A stretch of DNA of 64,000 nucleotides from Rotaria socialis (GCA_905331295.1 CAJNYD010000017.1:62001-126000), one strand, 5' to 3'. Positions 39,986 to 57,357 are shown, counted from the stretch's first letter. Numbers and translations are program-made. The notes: generated by a model not told the origin, from the sequence alone.

Positions 39986-41984
39986 GCTCATCATTATCAT
40001 TCAAACATGCTCAATTACAACAAAGAGATGAATCAATTAATGAATCACAACATAGGCCTAAAGTTTGTAGATTTATATGATTATTCCATTAACTATTGTT
40101 GATATATATATGTATATATATTGGTATATTAGACACGAGATTTAGTTCGCAGTCGAACAATTGATTGTCATCCACCATCTATAGAAACAACACCTCTTCT
40201 TCAACGAACTCCTTCCAGACAGAATATTATTTCGGTAAAAAGAATTGAATAATCAATGGGATGATCTTTATTCTATAATTTGTTTTTGAAAACTTCTTTT
40301 CAGCATTATCAAATGGTAGCCGCTGATCCAATGGACCAAGCTGATGTTGATACAACAGGTTAATCATTGATGTTTTATATTACATTGATATCTATATCTA
40401 TATTTAGTTTCAACAACATATTCGACTAGTCGCAGTATTGAACAACAACAACAACAGCAGCAGCAGCTACAGCATAATAATAATAATAATAAATATTCAT
40501 GGTATGTATTAGTGGAGTGATCTATCAACTTAAGTTTAAACTGATATATCTGGTTTTTAGGACCCCAGAACAACGAAAATCAGTATATGTTAGTGATAGT
40601 CATATAATCAATTCCAATGGACATAATTCTTCTTTCAGTCGTCAATGTGTGAGTTTATATTGATTGAAAGTATTCTTATGTTGTCATATGAATTATATTA
40701 TATAGCATTCGCCTACGAGAAGTGATTATGCTCATGTCAACAAAATTGTAATGGCACCACAGAGAGTAAGTTATTGTTTGAAATTCTCCCGTATATTATT
40801 TTCTATGTATAAAAAATGAAAAGGATCCAACTCACGATCTTATCAAATCAGCAAAATCATTAGTGAAACAAAATGCAACAACCTTTCCAAAAACACTAAT
40901 GGAATCTAATCGAGTAAATACAAAAATAAACTTCATATATGGGCGAAAATGAATACTCTGCTAATTAGCTTCTCAATCGATCTCGTCAGGTTTATAGTTA
41001 AACCTCGATACTTTTGGATGTATCATTGTATTTTTCTACATACGAAATAATATTGCGGAGCATCAGTATAAGTTGTCTAGCGTTGTTTAAACATAATAAT
41101 ATGACCAAATATCTAGAAAATTATAGTTAAGTACGGTCTATCTGAAGACGTAGTTGACAAGTTAATTATAACTAAAAATAGTGATTCTTCTCAAATTTAT
41201 TCTTCCAACAGCGACGATTTTCGGCCTATAGATCAACGATATTGTTGTAACTAAATTTTCAATGGTAAACTGTTCGAAACTCTACATTCTCACAATTCTC
41301 TCTAGAACATAAGAATATAACAAATATTTTCGTAGCCGTTTCGATGAAAATATTGCTTTATGATTATTGAATTAAAATCACATAAATCTTTGCTGAGTTC
41401 CCACGATGTTTTCAAATTACCAGCCTTATTAAAATTCAATTTCTCCCATACTGCTTTTGAAAGTGTCAGAAACTGATAGTAGTACTACTTCATTGGCTTG
41501 TCTAGTAATGTAAATGTTTCTGAAAACTTTTATATTACTGATTCAACATCATTATTTTTGTGAGGTTTGAAAAAAAAGAAAGAAATAATTGATTTTTCCA
41601 GCAGATACCAATATAAGACGTTTTGTTTGGTCTTACTAAACATTAGAACTTTTCAAATCCTTCTAGACGACTAACTAACAAATAAGCCTGAATGAACTGT
41701 TTTTTATCTAAGGAAATTCAGACAGATTGCGTTCCTGTAGTAACAAAATAAATTTCGATGATAATAATGAACAAATTCTTTATATCTTTATTTTATACAC
41801 GTATATTATGTTTCCTGTTTCTTTTTATCTGCAGAGACAACAATCAAGTAATAATCTCTACGGTGTTTATCCTTATGCCCGAACAGCCATACTTCATGTT
41901 GCAAATACTGTCATGCCATCGTCTTTTCAACGTCAACAATCAATTCGTTTACCGAGTACAAAATCCCGTCATCATGATCGTTAA
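36412..41984 (+). CDS. CDKL5: Cyclin-dependent kinase-like kinase, CDKL5-like, multi-exon
   Basis: [107 protein letters not shown] and LERRY are CDKL5-like. Long disordered C-terminal tail; 3' exons less certain. Confidence 0.85.
39937..39984 (+). repeat. (AAT)n coding repeat, poly-Asn in the CDKL5-like tail
   Basis: In ORF 39226..40080, encodes an N16 run. Confidence 0.9.
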
Positions 41985-42343
41985 TTGATAATTTTCAAAA
42001 CTTTATTCCGTTGAAAGAAAAACAAAACTATTTTCTGTGTTGTTTTTTTAATCATTATTTGATTCTTCACTTGATGACATCTTTGTGCATATTTATTCTG
42101 TTATAAACGAAATACTGAATAATTTGATTGTTATGTATTTAAACTAAAACAAAAAAAAAGAAGCGGATACTTGATTTTTTTTATTTCACGAAATGTTTTT
42201 TTTTACTTTAGTTATTAAATCTTTCATTTTTCTTTTCTTTTTTTATATAGTATTAAGTTATTCTTATCTTGATGCTTTTTTCTGTCACAATTTATGATTG
42301 AGATCTTTTTATAAATATACACAGTTTCATTTTTTATTTAAAG

Positions 42344-45300
42344 ATGAGTGCTAAATCATCAAGTCGTACAACAGGACAACCAGCTGCAGCTTCAGCAAAG
42401 CCAAGCGCACGTACGCCAAAACCACGAAATGATTATGCAGATCAAGAAGAAGAATATAAGTAAGGTGGTGGTAGTACTCTGAAATTCGAGAAAAACATCT
42501 TTTGTTATAGTTGAATAGAACTCGTCAACATTTTCATTGTGCAGTTTAAATCTAAATAGATCAGAAAAGTCTGAGAAACTTGAAATATCTTGAAAACAAC
42601 AACCCTCGATAATGTCAATGTTTGCACGAAGCCTTTTTTTGTATTATGCAGGTACATATATATATATATATATATTTTTTCAAAAAATATTGTTTGATTA
42701 CTCATGGAATTGCTTTTTTTTTCGTATAATAAAAAACAACATAGTTGAAATTTTGTATGCAGATATATCTACTATTAGAATTAGAAGCAAAATTTATGTC
42801 GAATAGTATCCAAAATCCAGAAAGCTAAATTCGATCCATGCAGTTCCTTTTCCGACTTGTATTTCTTTAAACATCGAAATCAGACAAAAGCTAATTTTGA
42901 CTAATGAAAGTCTTCTTATATGTAGAGTTTTGTTGGTGACTATCGGCATGATATTCGATTGTTTTGAAATTGAAGTTTAAACATTCAAAAATCAATGATG
43001 ACAACTCGTATGTCGAGCCTTTTCTCTTTCATCGAAGAACAGAAAAGATTTTAATAACAATCAAACAATATTTTTTCAGAATGCATGCATAATTCTTTTT
43101 TAATTATGTGGTACAAAAGACTTTGATCGAGTGTTGACGTTATTGAGACTCAATTCTTTTGGGGAGTATGGATTTTTGAAGATTTTTCTATATAAATTTC
43201 ATTACGAAACCACCAATATGAAACTGAACGAGTTCTGTCAAATCATGTCAAAAGAAAAGAATTTTAATTTTGATACTTGACAATGAGAAATAAGTCAATT
43301 ATATTTGAAATTTATTTTAACTTTAATAGACGATTAAATGCACAACTTGAAGCAAAAACACAAGCACTTGTTGAAGAAGCTGATCAAGTTTTAGTTAGTG
43401 TTAATTAAAAGAATTTTGTTTTTTTAATCGTTTAGTTTTCTTTTTGCAGAGAAATCAAAATCGATTCGTCTCAACAGATAATAATGATCGTACCTACAGT
43501 TTACTTGATCAAGTCGATACAGATGATCAATTATTCGGGTTAGAAAATTGAAAGATTTTCTTTTATGATTCTCATATTTTGAATTTTTCATATAGCGATC
43601 TGCAAATTGCTTCATCGCACACAAGAGATCTTAGAGTAGAAATATAATTGAAAATTAAAATTAAATCGAATTATATTTAACATAATTTTCATTTTAGAGA
43701 CCTCCATCTGCAACATATCACGAAGAAAATCTATCAGCAAAAAATAGAAAACCATCTGTTACGTAAGTAAATGTCGATGCATTTCTCTCGGCAATGATTC
43801 GTTGCTTAATTTTTTCTGATAGAAAATTTCATCCGCGAGTTGGAGATGATGTTGCCACTGTTGATAATCATCGATATGATCAATCAATTGATCATACTAT
43901 TTTACAAGATCAAGCTCGAAATACATTTGATAGAACAGTAGCAGATATTGAAACAAAAATTAATCGAACCAAAAGCAGCGTCAATACAAATGCTATTGAC
44001 AATGACGAAGACGATATTTTTCCAGGTGCTGCGAAAGATATGGGTTCAGGTAAAGTACAATTGATGAAAGTTATCTAATATAGATTTGTTTTCATTCTCC
44101 TTTTCTTTTAGAGGCTAAAATTCGCTTTCTAAAAGCACGTCTTCGTGTCATGCAAGAAGAACTCGAACGAATGCATACAGAATGCGTTAAACGCGTGAGT
44201 TTTAGAAGTCAGCCGCAACTCTCTCTAAAGACAAGATCTAATCAAAAATTTTCGTTTTGATTCATTCGGAGAAAGAGGATTTAAACAGAGCGTTGAAATA
44301 CGGGGGTTAAAAACCTACATCTTTCACATACACTGATCAATAATATTTAATCAGCTATCAATGCTCTTACATCCGTAACGTGCCACGATAATATATAGAA
44401 TGCTTCCTTAGGGCATTCCAGAAGATGAACTCATATTACATTGATGAAATAGATTTCATAATGTAAGAAACATCTTGTCATTAATGTTTTATCCAGATTT
44501 TTCACTCCGGGACGGCAAATTCAGTTGTCGGGAGAGCAGATAAAAGTTTTTTGAGGGACGAACTACCATGAGTAATATCGAGTCTATCATACTGATGCGT
44601 TCAAAAGATCTGTGTTTTGTAGGCTAGCTATATAAAAGTTAATTATTTATTTCATGTTTCTTGGGAGGACAAAAAGTGCCCCTTGCCTTCCCGCTGAATA
44701 AACAACACTGTCATAACTTACAGTAACAAATAAATCGTGTTTCACATTTCAATGCGACATCACTTCACTACGTATTCTGTCGAATCCTTTTCTCTCTCTA
44801 AACGCCAATGAATATCATGTTTAATCGTAGTTTTCCTTTAGGAAGAAGAGAATGAACGTATAAGTTTAAAAGTAAAAGAATCTGATGATGATCGAAGTCG
44901 TCTTAATCGTGTTGTAACAACATTACAAGATCAATTAGAAAAATATAAAAAATTGAGTAGTGATACAAAATCAAAACTTGATACAACTGAAGTAGAACTT
45001 AGTTCTCTACGAAAAGAATTTGATCAAACAAAACGTCACACTAAGAAACAACAACAAGATCAAACGCAAACAGATACGAAATTAAATCGAGCATTAGAAG
45101 AAGCTGAAAGATATAAACAACAATTGAATAAAATGCAGCAATCAACAAAAGATATAAACGAACAAGATAAAAAGAAGATTGAACAATTAACAAATGAAAA
45201 TCGCCGATTAGAAAAACAACGCTTGGAATTAATGAATGCATTTAAACGGCAATTAAAATTAATTGACATACTTAAAAAACAAAAGGTTTTTTCAAAAATA

Positions 45301-45422
45301 AACTTATTAATATTTATTTTCTAGTTTTTATTTCTTTATTTTAGCTTCATTTAGAAGCATCAAAAATGCTTCAATTCGCTGAAGAAGAATTTTGTAAAGC
45401 CATCGAATGGAACACTTCATAA
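42344..45422 (+). CDS. TEX9: Testis-expressed protein 9 homolog (coiled-coil), multi-exon
   Basis: EEEYK|RLNAQLEAKT..LV.EA, MGS|EAKIRFLKARLRVMQEEL, KLNRALEEAERYK, LEKQRLELMNAFKRQLKLIDILKKQK|LHLEASKMLQFAEEEFCKAIEW. Stop 45420-45422. Confidence 0.88.
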
Positions 45423-45654
45423 TATCATTTTTTTCTCGCTCGCTCTCTCTCTCTCTCTCATTGATTTGTTCTATTTGTTGTTTTTGTAAAGAATAAAAAA
45501 ACGTACATATCTGTCGTACTTCTATGACAATAATTGTTCAAAGGAAATTCCTCGAACATTTCTTTACTTGACTGCCGCGAGCAATTAAGTTAACATCGAT
45601 GGAATTCGAACGCATGAGTGCGATCTTCATCTTCGCAATTTATAGATATTTATT

Positions 45655-46178
45655 AAAAAATGTGGAAACTTCGGATTTCATCCGAGCGTTATGTGTACTG
45701 AAAAAAGTGCATGGGACATATGAGTCATTCTAGAATGTCTGAACACCAAAATTATCATGAGAAACTAGGCAATTTGATTTCTGGATGCAGTTTTTGTGCA
45801 TTTTGAGACGTTCTTCAGGCGATGTTTCGTTAGAAAGCTACGATTTAGTTCAAAACTAATATCAAATTCGGAATCAGCGTTAAAAACTGAGTAGATTTAT
45901 ATATGTTGTGGATAGTTCTGAGAAAAATTGTTTTTTTTGAAAAATCCCTGTACTCCCCCTCAGGGATGGTCTGATCAAAAATGACAATTTTTTCGATAAC
46001 TCAGCCATTTCTTGACGGATCCTTTTCATCTTCGAACTCGACCGAGACACTGATGAGACAATTCTGCGCACAAAATTTCAGCTCAATCGAATGTAATTGT
46101 GAAGAATTATCGAATAAACGGACGGCCGGACACACTGACCGATTTTAGTAGTGTACTCACTTTTTGAGTACACAAAAA
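45655..46178 (+). mobile_element. Non-autonomous Helentron-associated (HINE/DINE-1-like) element
   Basis: 5' small hairpin TCGGA-tttca-TCCGA followed by GTGTACTG (45693). Internal AAATTTCAGCTCAATCG and a short ACGGACGGCCGGAC tract. 3' stem-loop GTGTACTCA...TGAGTACAC (46151-46173) then an A-run. This architecture is typical of DINE-1/HINE elements. Confidence 0.55.
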
Positions 46179-46376
46179 GAATATCCTAAGTAATAATGAA
46201 ATGGTATCAACTAGAAATTTCGTAGAATTATCAGAATAAACATGATTCATCGATTTCATGTAAGTCTCTTTCTTAAAGATATATTTTATTGTATAAAAAA
46301 AACTTCAAAATTCATTTCTTATGAGATCAATCATAGATACATGGATTTGTAATGAAGCAACAAAAAAAAGAATATT

Positions 46377-47372
46377 TTAATCAGGATCAAAAAGTCGTTG
46401 TGCAACATCATTTACAAGCCAATCAATGCCTTCGAGAAGATTTTGACCAGTTAATGCCGAACATGGCATCACTGTCCAATGATGTTTATGTATGGAGTCC
46501 AGTTCCAATAATGTACGGATTTCGTGTAATGAACATGCTCCAACAATATCTTGTTTATTAGCAAATACGAGAAGAGATGAGCCCATTAAACGTTCTTCTT
46601 TGAGTAGTTCTTGTAGTTCAGCCCGACATTCACCTAATCGCATTTTATCAACACTGTCAACAACCCAAATAATTGCTTCAGTCGCTTCAAAATAGTTGCG
46701 CCAATATGATCGAAGCGACTTTTGTCCGCCTACAAGAAATAAATAAATAATAAACAATCGACACAAGTTTTGAATTAATTCTCTGATCTCAAAACAAATT
46801 CAGGATTCTAATCTAACAGACGTTTTATTGTTTAAAGATGGACGCATCGAAAATTCGCATGCTTTTTAATCAATGATAGCATTCGTAAATTAGGCACGTG
46901 AAATATTGTTATCTATTTAGACCTATTGAGAGACTGCGTTTTCATGTATCAAACTAATTATCACTGGCTTAAAATTCATTAGATCAAGAAAGTGTAAGAT
47001 ATTTTTAGAATAAATAGAAAATCCCATAATATCTTATTAATTAAGATGATAAAAAAAAAAGCTACAACATAAAAAGTGCACTAAATCATCCAACATTACA
47101 AAAAAATCTACATGTAGCTATGTCGAATTATTCTAAAACAATCAACATATTAGTAAATCTCCCAACCTACCCACATCCCAAACATTAAGTACATAATCAG
47201 CATAATTAAATGTTTTTATATTAAAACCAAGCGTAGGCGCAACAGAATCGATTTCTTCACCATTGATTCTCGATAAAATAGTCGATTTTCCTGCATTATC
47301 AAGTCCAACAAGTAGTAAACGCATTTCTTTTTCTTTTCGACGTAATTTTTTCAATATGCTCAATAGAACCAT
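46377..47372 (-). CDS. ARL2: ADP-ribosylation factor-like protein 2
   Basis: Two exons (47372-47171, 46729-46377): [67 protein letters not shown]...[15 protein letters not shown]. Confidence 0.95.
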
Positions 47373-47449
47373 GATGCCTCTTTTTTCCCGACAATGAATG
47401 TAATTGATCTACAGTCACACATACACACAGGTAGAAAGAAACGAAATTA

Positions 47450-51826
<4,377 letters not shown>

Positions 51827-51969
51827 CTGTAAAATAAAACAGAGAAAAGTTATCCAATAGGAATAGACATGTTGTTTTTTTGGATATATTATCTTCTAGG
51901 AATACAAATATTTCTTATTATTACTATTAGTCATCAAAGAGTATTCTATATTATATTCAAAATTCTCAC

Positions 51970-52201
51970 AGTATTGCTTTTGATTCTCTACTTCATTGGA
52001 TTCGTTTTCATCATTAGAACCAATTGATGGTAAACGTGGTCGTTGTTGACAAGATGATTGTTGTTTTTCGAGGCCCGATGGATGCCGTCGTATAAGATTC
52101 TTATCAATAAATTGTACTGATGGACGACGATTTCTACGGCATCGGGCCTTTTCAAGATCTGATAAAGCTTCTTGATCGGGTTCGTATTTAGAATTTGACA
52201 T
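51970..52201 (-). CDS. AHCYL alternative first coding exon A
   Basis: ATG 52201, 232 nt (77 codons +1) to donor GTGAG. Phase 1 matches the acceptor at 51827. Contains RRPSVQFIDK. Confidence 0.75.
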
Positions 52202-52553
52202 TTGTTCAGTCAGGAATATGATATGCAGTCAAAGTAAAAAGTAAATCGTTGAGAAGACAAAGACGATAATAACAAAAATATATAGGCACACAGATTGATC
52301 GAATAGCGGAAATGAAGAGAAGGGCGAATATGAAAGGAGGTGTTTGTGTTTTTTTTGTGTCGTTTTCTCTGCGTCTGGTAGAAAGACGAGAAATGAGAAA
52401 CAAAAAATGATACGAGCATATAACTTGCATCATACATCTTTTCTTGGCCTGTTTTTTCCTATTCTTTGCTTTTCTTCTTTCTCTCTAATGCATTTAAAGG
52501 CATGATGATTGAAGGGGAAATAGTGGAGAGAAAATACGCTAAATAGAACTCAC

Positions 52554-52893
52554 ACACATCTTCCGAAGCATTAGTCGCAGAAGAAGAATCATCATCTGGT
52601 GCTATATGCGGTGTTGCTGCGAATTGAATAAATTTTTTATCAAGAAATTGAACAGAGCGACGACGAGTACGATATTGTTCTTCATTTGCATATGCTGGAG
52701 TGGCAGATTGGACTGAGATCGTTTCAACCGAATCAAGTTGTTCATTTTTTTCATCAGGATTTAGATTTGTAGTATCATTAATGGTACGCACTAGAATGCT
52801 ACGACGAACTCCATCGGATGATTCGGAATGCGGACGTCGCGAATGATGATGTCCACCATGAGAATGAAGCGAAAATAAATGTTTAAACGACAT
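52554..52893 (-). CDS. AHCYL alternative first coding exon B
   Basis: ATG 52893, 340 nt (113 codons +1) to donor GTGAGT, phase 1. Contains RRRSVQFLDK. Confidence 0.75.
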
Positions 52894-53369
52894 ATGTACG
52901 GTGATAGTTCTTTAATTTTGATGATTGTTTAAAAGAATCGAAGCAAATAAATAGTACGCAGTTTTATGCAAAAATAAATCTCATTTTTTTCTTACAAAAC
53001 TAAGAACAATAATAAAAATAATGCAAATAAAACTCTTTTTCGTTCTTTCTATCTTAATGTTTCTCTCTTTTTTTGTTGTTGGATTATTCCGAGCGGATGA
53101 ATACATCGATAATAATTCTGATTTTCTTTTACCAATATGGCAGCGCACTTGTACGATTTTCTTAATGTCCTTCGTATGAACTACAAAAAGCTACGTGTGT
53201 TTTGGAATAATAACTTTTGCGCGTTTAATATGTAAACACGTAAAAAGCTTAGGAACCTTTTTCCTATGCCAATATAAAAACAAACCAAAAATTCGTATTT
53301 CTTGGTGATTTTATGGGTTTTAAACTTGATTGGTCGATTATTCTTTCGATTTGTTGTTTTAATACTTAC

Positions 53370-53610
53370 CTACTGGTTGTATTGTTACTGTTGGTGTGGG
53401 TTGTTCAACAGTTGAAAAACGTCTTTGAATGATATTAGAATTCGCACGTGATCGATAGTAATATGGTGTCAGCGAATCAACAGTTAATTCATTCGGACTT
53501 GTTTCTTTTTTTAACGGGTGATACATTGTTGTGACATTATTAAGATCAACATCGACCAACGAAGTTGAATAGATGCCTGGCACAAGTTTTGTTAAACTAC
53601 TTTTATCCAT
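53370..53610 (-). CDS. AHCYL alternative first coding exon C
   Basis: ATG 53610 (MDKSSL...), 241 nt (80 codons +1) to consensus donor GTAAGT, phase 1. Contains RSRANS and RRFST. Confidence 0.7.
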
Positions 53611-54879
53611 AAGGATACGTTCCAGAATCAAATAAAAACCGTGTAGTAATACTTATGATGATCTGGTTATAAACAACAACCATCACGCAAACATTGGAAT
53701 GAATGACATTCACCAGTCGCAATTTGTATTACATCAATCTCTCTTCACACTTTGCATTTTATCTTTCATCATCATTCCAACACAAAAAATCGAATGCCTA
53801 CCATCATGGCATTATCTTTCTCATCCGTTCTGTTTCAAATATATATATTTATATATACAGACAGAAAAGGACGATCATGTTTTATGATGCACTTAACAAC
53901 AAAAAAAAGAGCTACGTTCTGGAATTCTCTATGCACCTATCGAGTTCTATTCTATTTTATATATTACACACTTACTTCCTTCAGACAAGACCGAACTTTG
54001 TGAATATGAATATTGCCGTCGTGTTGTTGGATCAAGACATATGCGATGCTAAAAAACAAAACGAAACAGTTCGATTATAGATTTCAAAGTCTTTGAAAAA
54101 GAAAGAAGACAATATGCAAAGGTAATTGTTTGAATATTGAAAGAAACAACATAACTTATATTCTCAGTCATAAAAATATCGTAACCTTTTAGCTTATAAA
54201 ATAAAATCCGTAGTACATTGCTAATTGATAGAATTTTTTCATATGTATGCGATTCGATCGATTAGAATAAGTTTTGATATCAATGAAAAATCAGTTCGTT
54301 TATTGAATAATGATTTTTTAAATATGTTTTCCAACATACTCTTTTTTTTCTATTTAAGTTTTTCTGATTTCTGCCTTGATGAAAATTTCATATACTTCTT
54401 CTAATTTATACATTTTACAGATGTTAAAAAATGCAAAATGTTTCAAGTATATGTAACGACCTATCTTTGTTCGAGATCTGGTGCCCTCCACAAAAATTAA
54501 AGTGAAGTGCCTGTACTCTTCAGGATTTTATACTGGCAACAGCTGATGATGATTTCGATATGATATAGATCAAACGTATTTTAAAGCCCTTCATCAACCC
54601 TTTAAAAACCATAGAAAAGTCATTTGGCATCAGGTAGTTTTCTCTAAAACTAGTCAGAATATGCAAATATATTCGACTATGAATAGAAGTTTTGTGTTGA
54701 AACATAAAGCTGAAGTTCATCGAACTGGCGGGCATGACAAATCAAAAATATATCGAAGCGGAACAATATTTTTATGCATATTTTTATATGATAATGGATT
54801 TTTAAACAGTTTCAGTTTATACAATATAAAATGTAAAGGTACCCAGAGTTTTCCTCTACTATGCTTACATATATATATA

Positions 54880-55851
54880 TATGGGTGAATCCATGGGGGC
54901 CATTCCACTTTTCTGGAAAAAAATTTTTTCAGTCGAAACTTCCGGTATGCTGTAGAAAACGTGTTTGATGAAAAAAAAATATGATCCTGCTAGCGGAAAA
55001 TATCGAGTTCTGGTTGATTTTTTCGGAACGACTATGGTTTATTGTCAGACAAAGGGAAAACGTCAGGAAAACACCTGAAACTTCTCTAAAAATATCTTTT
55101 TCAGAATTTTTCATGCTGAAAAATACGAAAGCTGCTTAGAAACACTTTAGATGGAAAAAAATTAGACCATTGAGTGTGGGTGTGGGTGTTGCTGTTCTAA
55201 CTGCTTCACCCACACCCACACCCTCAAGCATTTCGATCAACACACCTCAGGGCATTTACATTTAAATCAATTTCTTTTTTTATGTCGATTTCAATGTACC
55301 AGATTTTGTGGAATGAAAGTTTAACAGTGATATTCAGCTCTTCAACACATCGGAAATTTTTCTTAGTTTCCTGAGGGTGTGTGGGTGTTGCTGTTCTAAG
55401 TGCTTCACCCACACCCACACCCACACCCTCATCCTGAACATCATTATCTTTATCACTAGTCTAATGAAAATCCTTCAAATAAATCAGTGTCACTCAGTAT
55501 GATAAACGACAGTTATCGTTATTTTCAGAGGAAACGACTCAGAACTCAAGACTTCCAATAGGAATGGTCTAATTTTTTCCATCTCAAGCGTTTCTAAACA
55601 GCTTTCGTATTTTTCAGCATGAAAAAATCTGAAAAAGATATTTTAGAAAAGTTTCAGGTGTTTTCCTGACGTTTTCCCTTTGTCTGACAGTATACCATAG
55701 TCGTTCCGAAAAAATCAACCAGAACTCGATATTTTCCGCTAGCAGGATCATATTTTTTTTTCATCAAACGCATTTTCTACAGCATACCGGAAGTTTCGAC
55801 TGAAAAAAATCTTTCCAGAAAAGTGGATGGGTCTCCATGGATTCCCCCATA
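54880..55851. mobile_element. Foldback/MITE-like element with ~290-bp terminal inverted repeats
   Basis: 54880-55171 is the near-perfect reverse complement of 55563-55851 (e.g. CAGTCGAAACTTCCGGTATGCTGTAGAAAA / TTTTCTACAGCATACCGGAAGTTTCGACTG). Inserted in an (AT)n tract, so the TSD is probably TA or ATAT. No transposase ORF. Confidence 0.9.
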
Positions 55852-56986
55852 TGTCTCTAATTTTAGTGCTAATAGTAGTTTTTAGATTTTAATGCTTTCA
55901 AAAATAATCGTCTACATTCGAGTTTGACCTCAAATAAAATATTAGTACTTTGAATGAATAATTTAATATTAGTCAGTTTTGAACGTCAATTGTTATAGAA
56001 ATAAAGAAGAACGTAGTAAATAAAAGATCAAGCAAAAATACTGCAATTATTTTTTAGTTTAAAAAACCCACTGCATTTTTTTGCGCAAACAAAAATTTCA
56101 TTTAGAACAAAATCAACATATTTAAATAACTACTTATTTAACCGGGAAAATTGGTCGATTCAACAATTTTCGTTAATTTGCGCAGGAATTAGTGAAACTA
56201 CTGATTCTCAGACCAATTATCATAAGAGCAACAGGAAGTTTTCGCACTTCTTTTATAGAGAGAAAAAATATAAGTTCATAAAATATAACACTTCTGACGA
56301 GAACTTGATGAGAGGATCTAGTTCAAATTGTAATAAAATGTCACTTTTTCTCCCGGAACAGAACTATTTTGTTTCATAGATTGTATCCAAATTGTTATAG
56401 TAATTAACTGTATCTTCGGATTAGTATTGTTTAGAACACTTGTTCATAGTCTAAAGCTTTTGTTTAGTGTTCGATTATTAACAAAGAAAAAGTCTTGATG
56501 TAAAAGTATCAATAATTTTTCTATGTCGTAACACTATAATATTTCACAACGAACACTTATTACTATTCATATGGCTTTTTCTGTTCATTTTAAAATTCAA
56601 CGATAAGTTATTTTCTAGTAACATATATATATATATTTAAGAGATTCGAATCTACTATCACTTAGCAAAGTCTTATTATATAGTTTATGATGGTTAGTAT
56701 ACCTTTTCAACTTTATAGTCTGATATGAACAAATTTTTTGTACTAAGTTTAATCTCAACCGACAAATGCATTCATCAATTATGATTAGATCTAAAAAATG
56801 ATACAATCTTCAATAGGAAGATTATTATCTATACGTGCTACCGTCAACATCAATTGACATAGATCAATGTCAGATTTGACATTTGGCTCACTAGGTATCC
56901 AACGAAGGAGGTAACTCCGTACTAAAACTCGATTTTATTTTCTCCACATCGACCTTTTACTTTAATTCATATTAATGGACTAGCGA

Positions 56987-57357
56987 CCGAGGGGAAAATG
57001 TGATTATAGGGTGATAGAATCATTGGAATCAACAGAATCACTCGGAATCACTGAGATTCTTCAGTGAGTTCTAGTGGTTCCGGGATGATTCTACTGATCC
57101 CGGGTGATTCTACTGATTCCAAATGATTCTACTGATTTCGAGCGATTCCATCGATTCTAAATGATTCTGGTGATTCCAATGCTCTGGATTCAGTTGTTTT
57201 CATCTTGATTACAATTAGGTTTTCATTCTGAACACGAATCTGATATTGGTTTCTGTTTAGTCATAAAAAATCAAAGAAACAACAATTGATTTTATAGTAC
57301 TGGAATCACACAGAATCAATGGAATCGCGGAATTATGGAATCAGCTTTTCCCCCCTT
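56987..57357. mobile_element. Non-autonomous TIR element, 8-bp target-site duplication, GAATC subterminal repeats (hAT-like)
   Basis: Direct repeat ACTAGCGA at 56979-56986 and 57358-57365. Imperfect TIRs GGGGAAAATGTGATT / AATCAGCTTTTCCCC. Interior packed with ~10-bp-spaced GAATC/GATTC units. Confidence 0.7.

Noticed and set aside
57015..57345. Periodic GAATC repeats as a CRISPR array
   Set aside because: Units are ~10 bp, degenerate and lack unique spacers; no cas genes; eukaryotic context. Better explained as transposon subterminal repeats.
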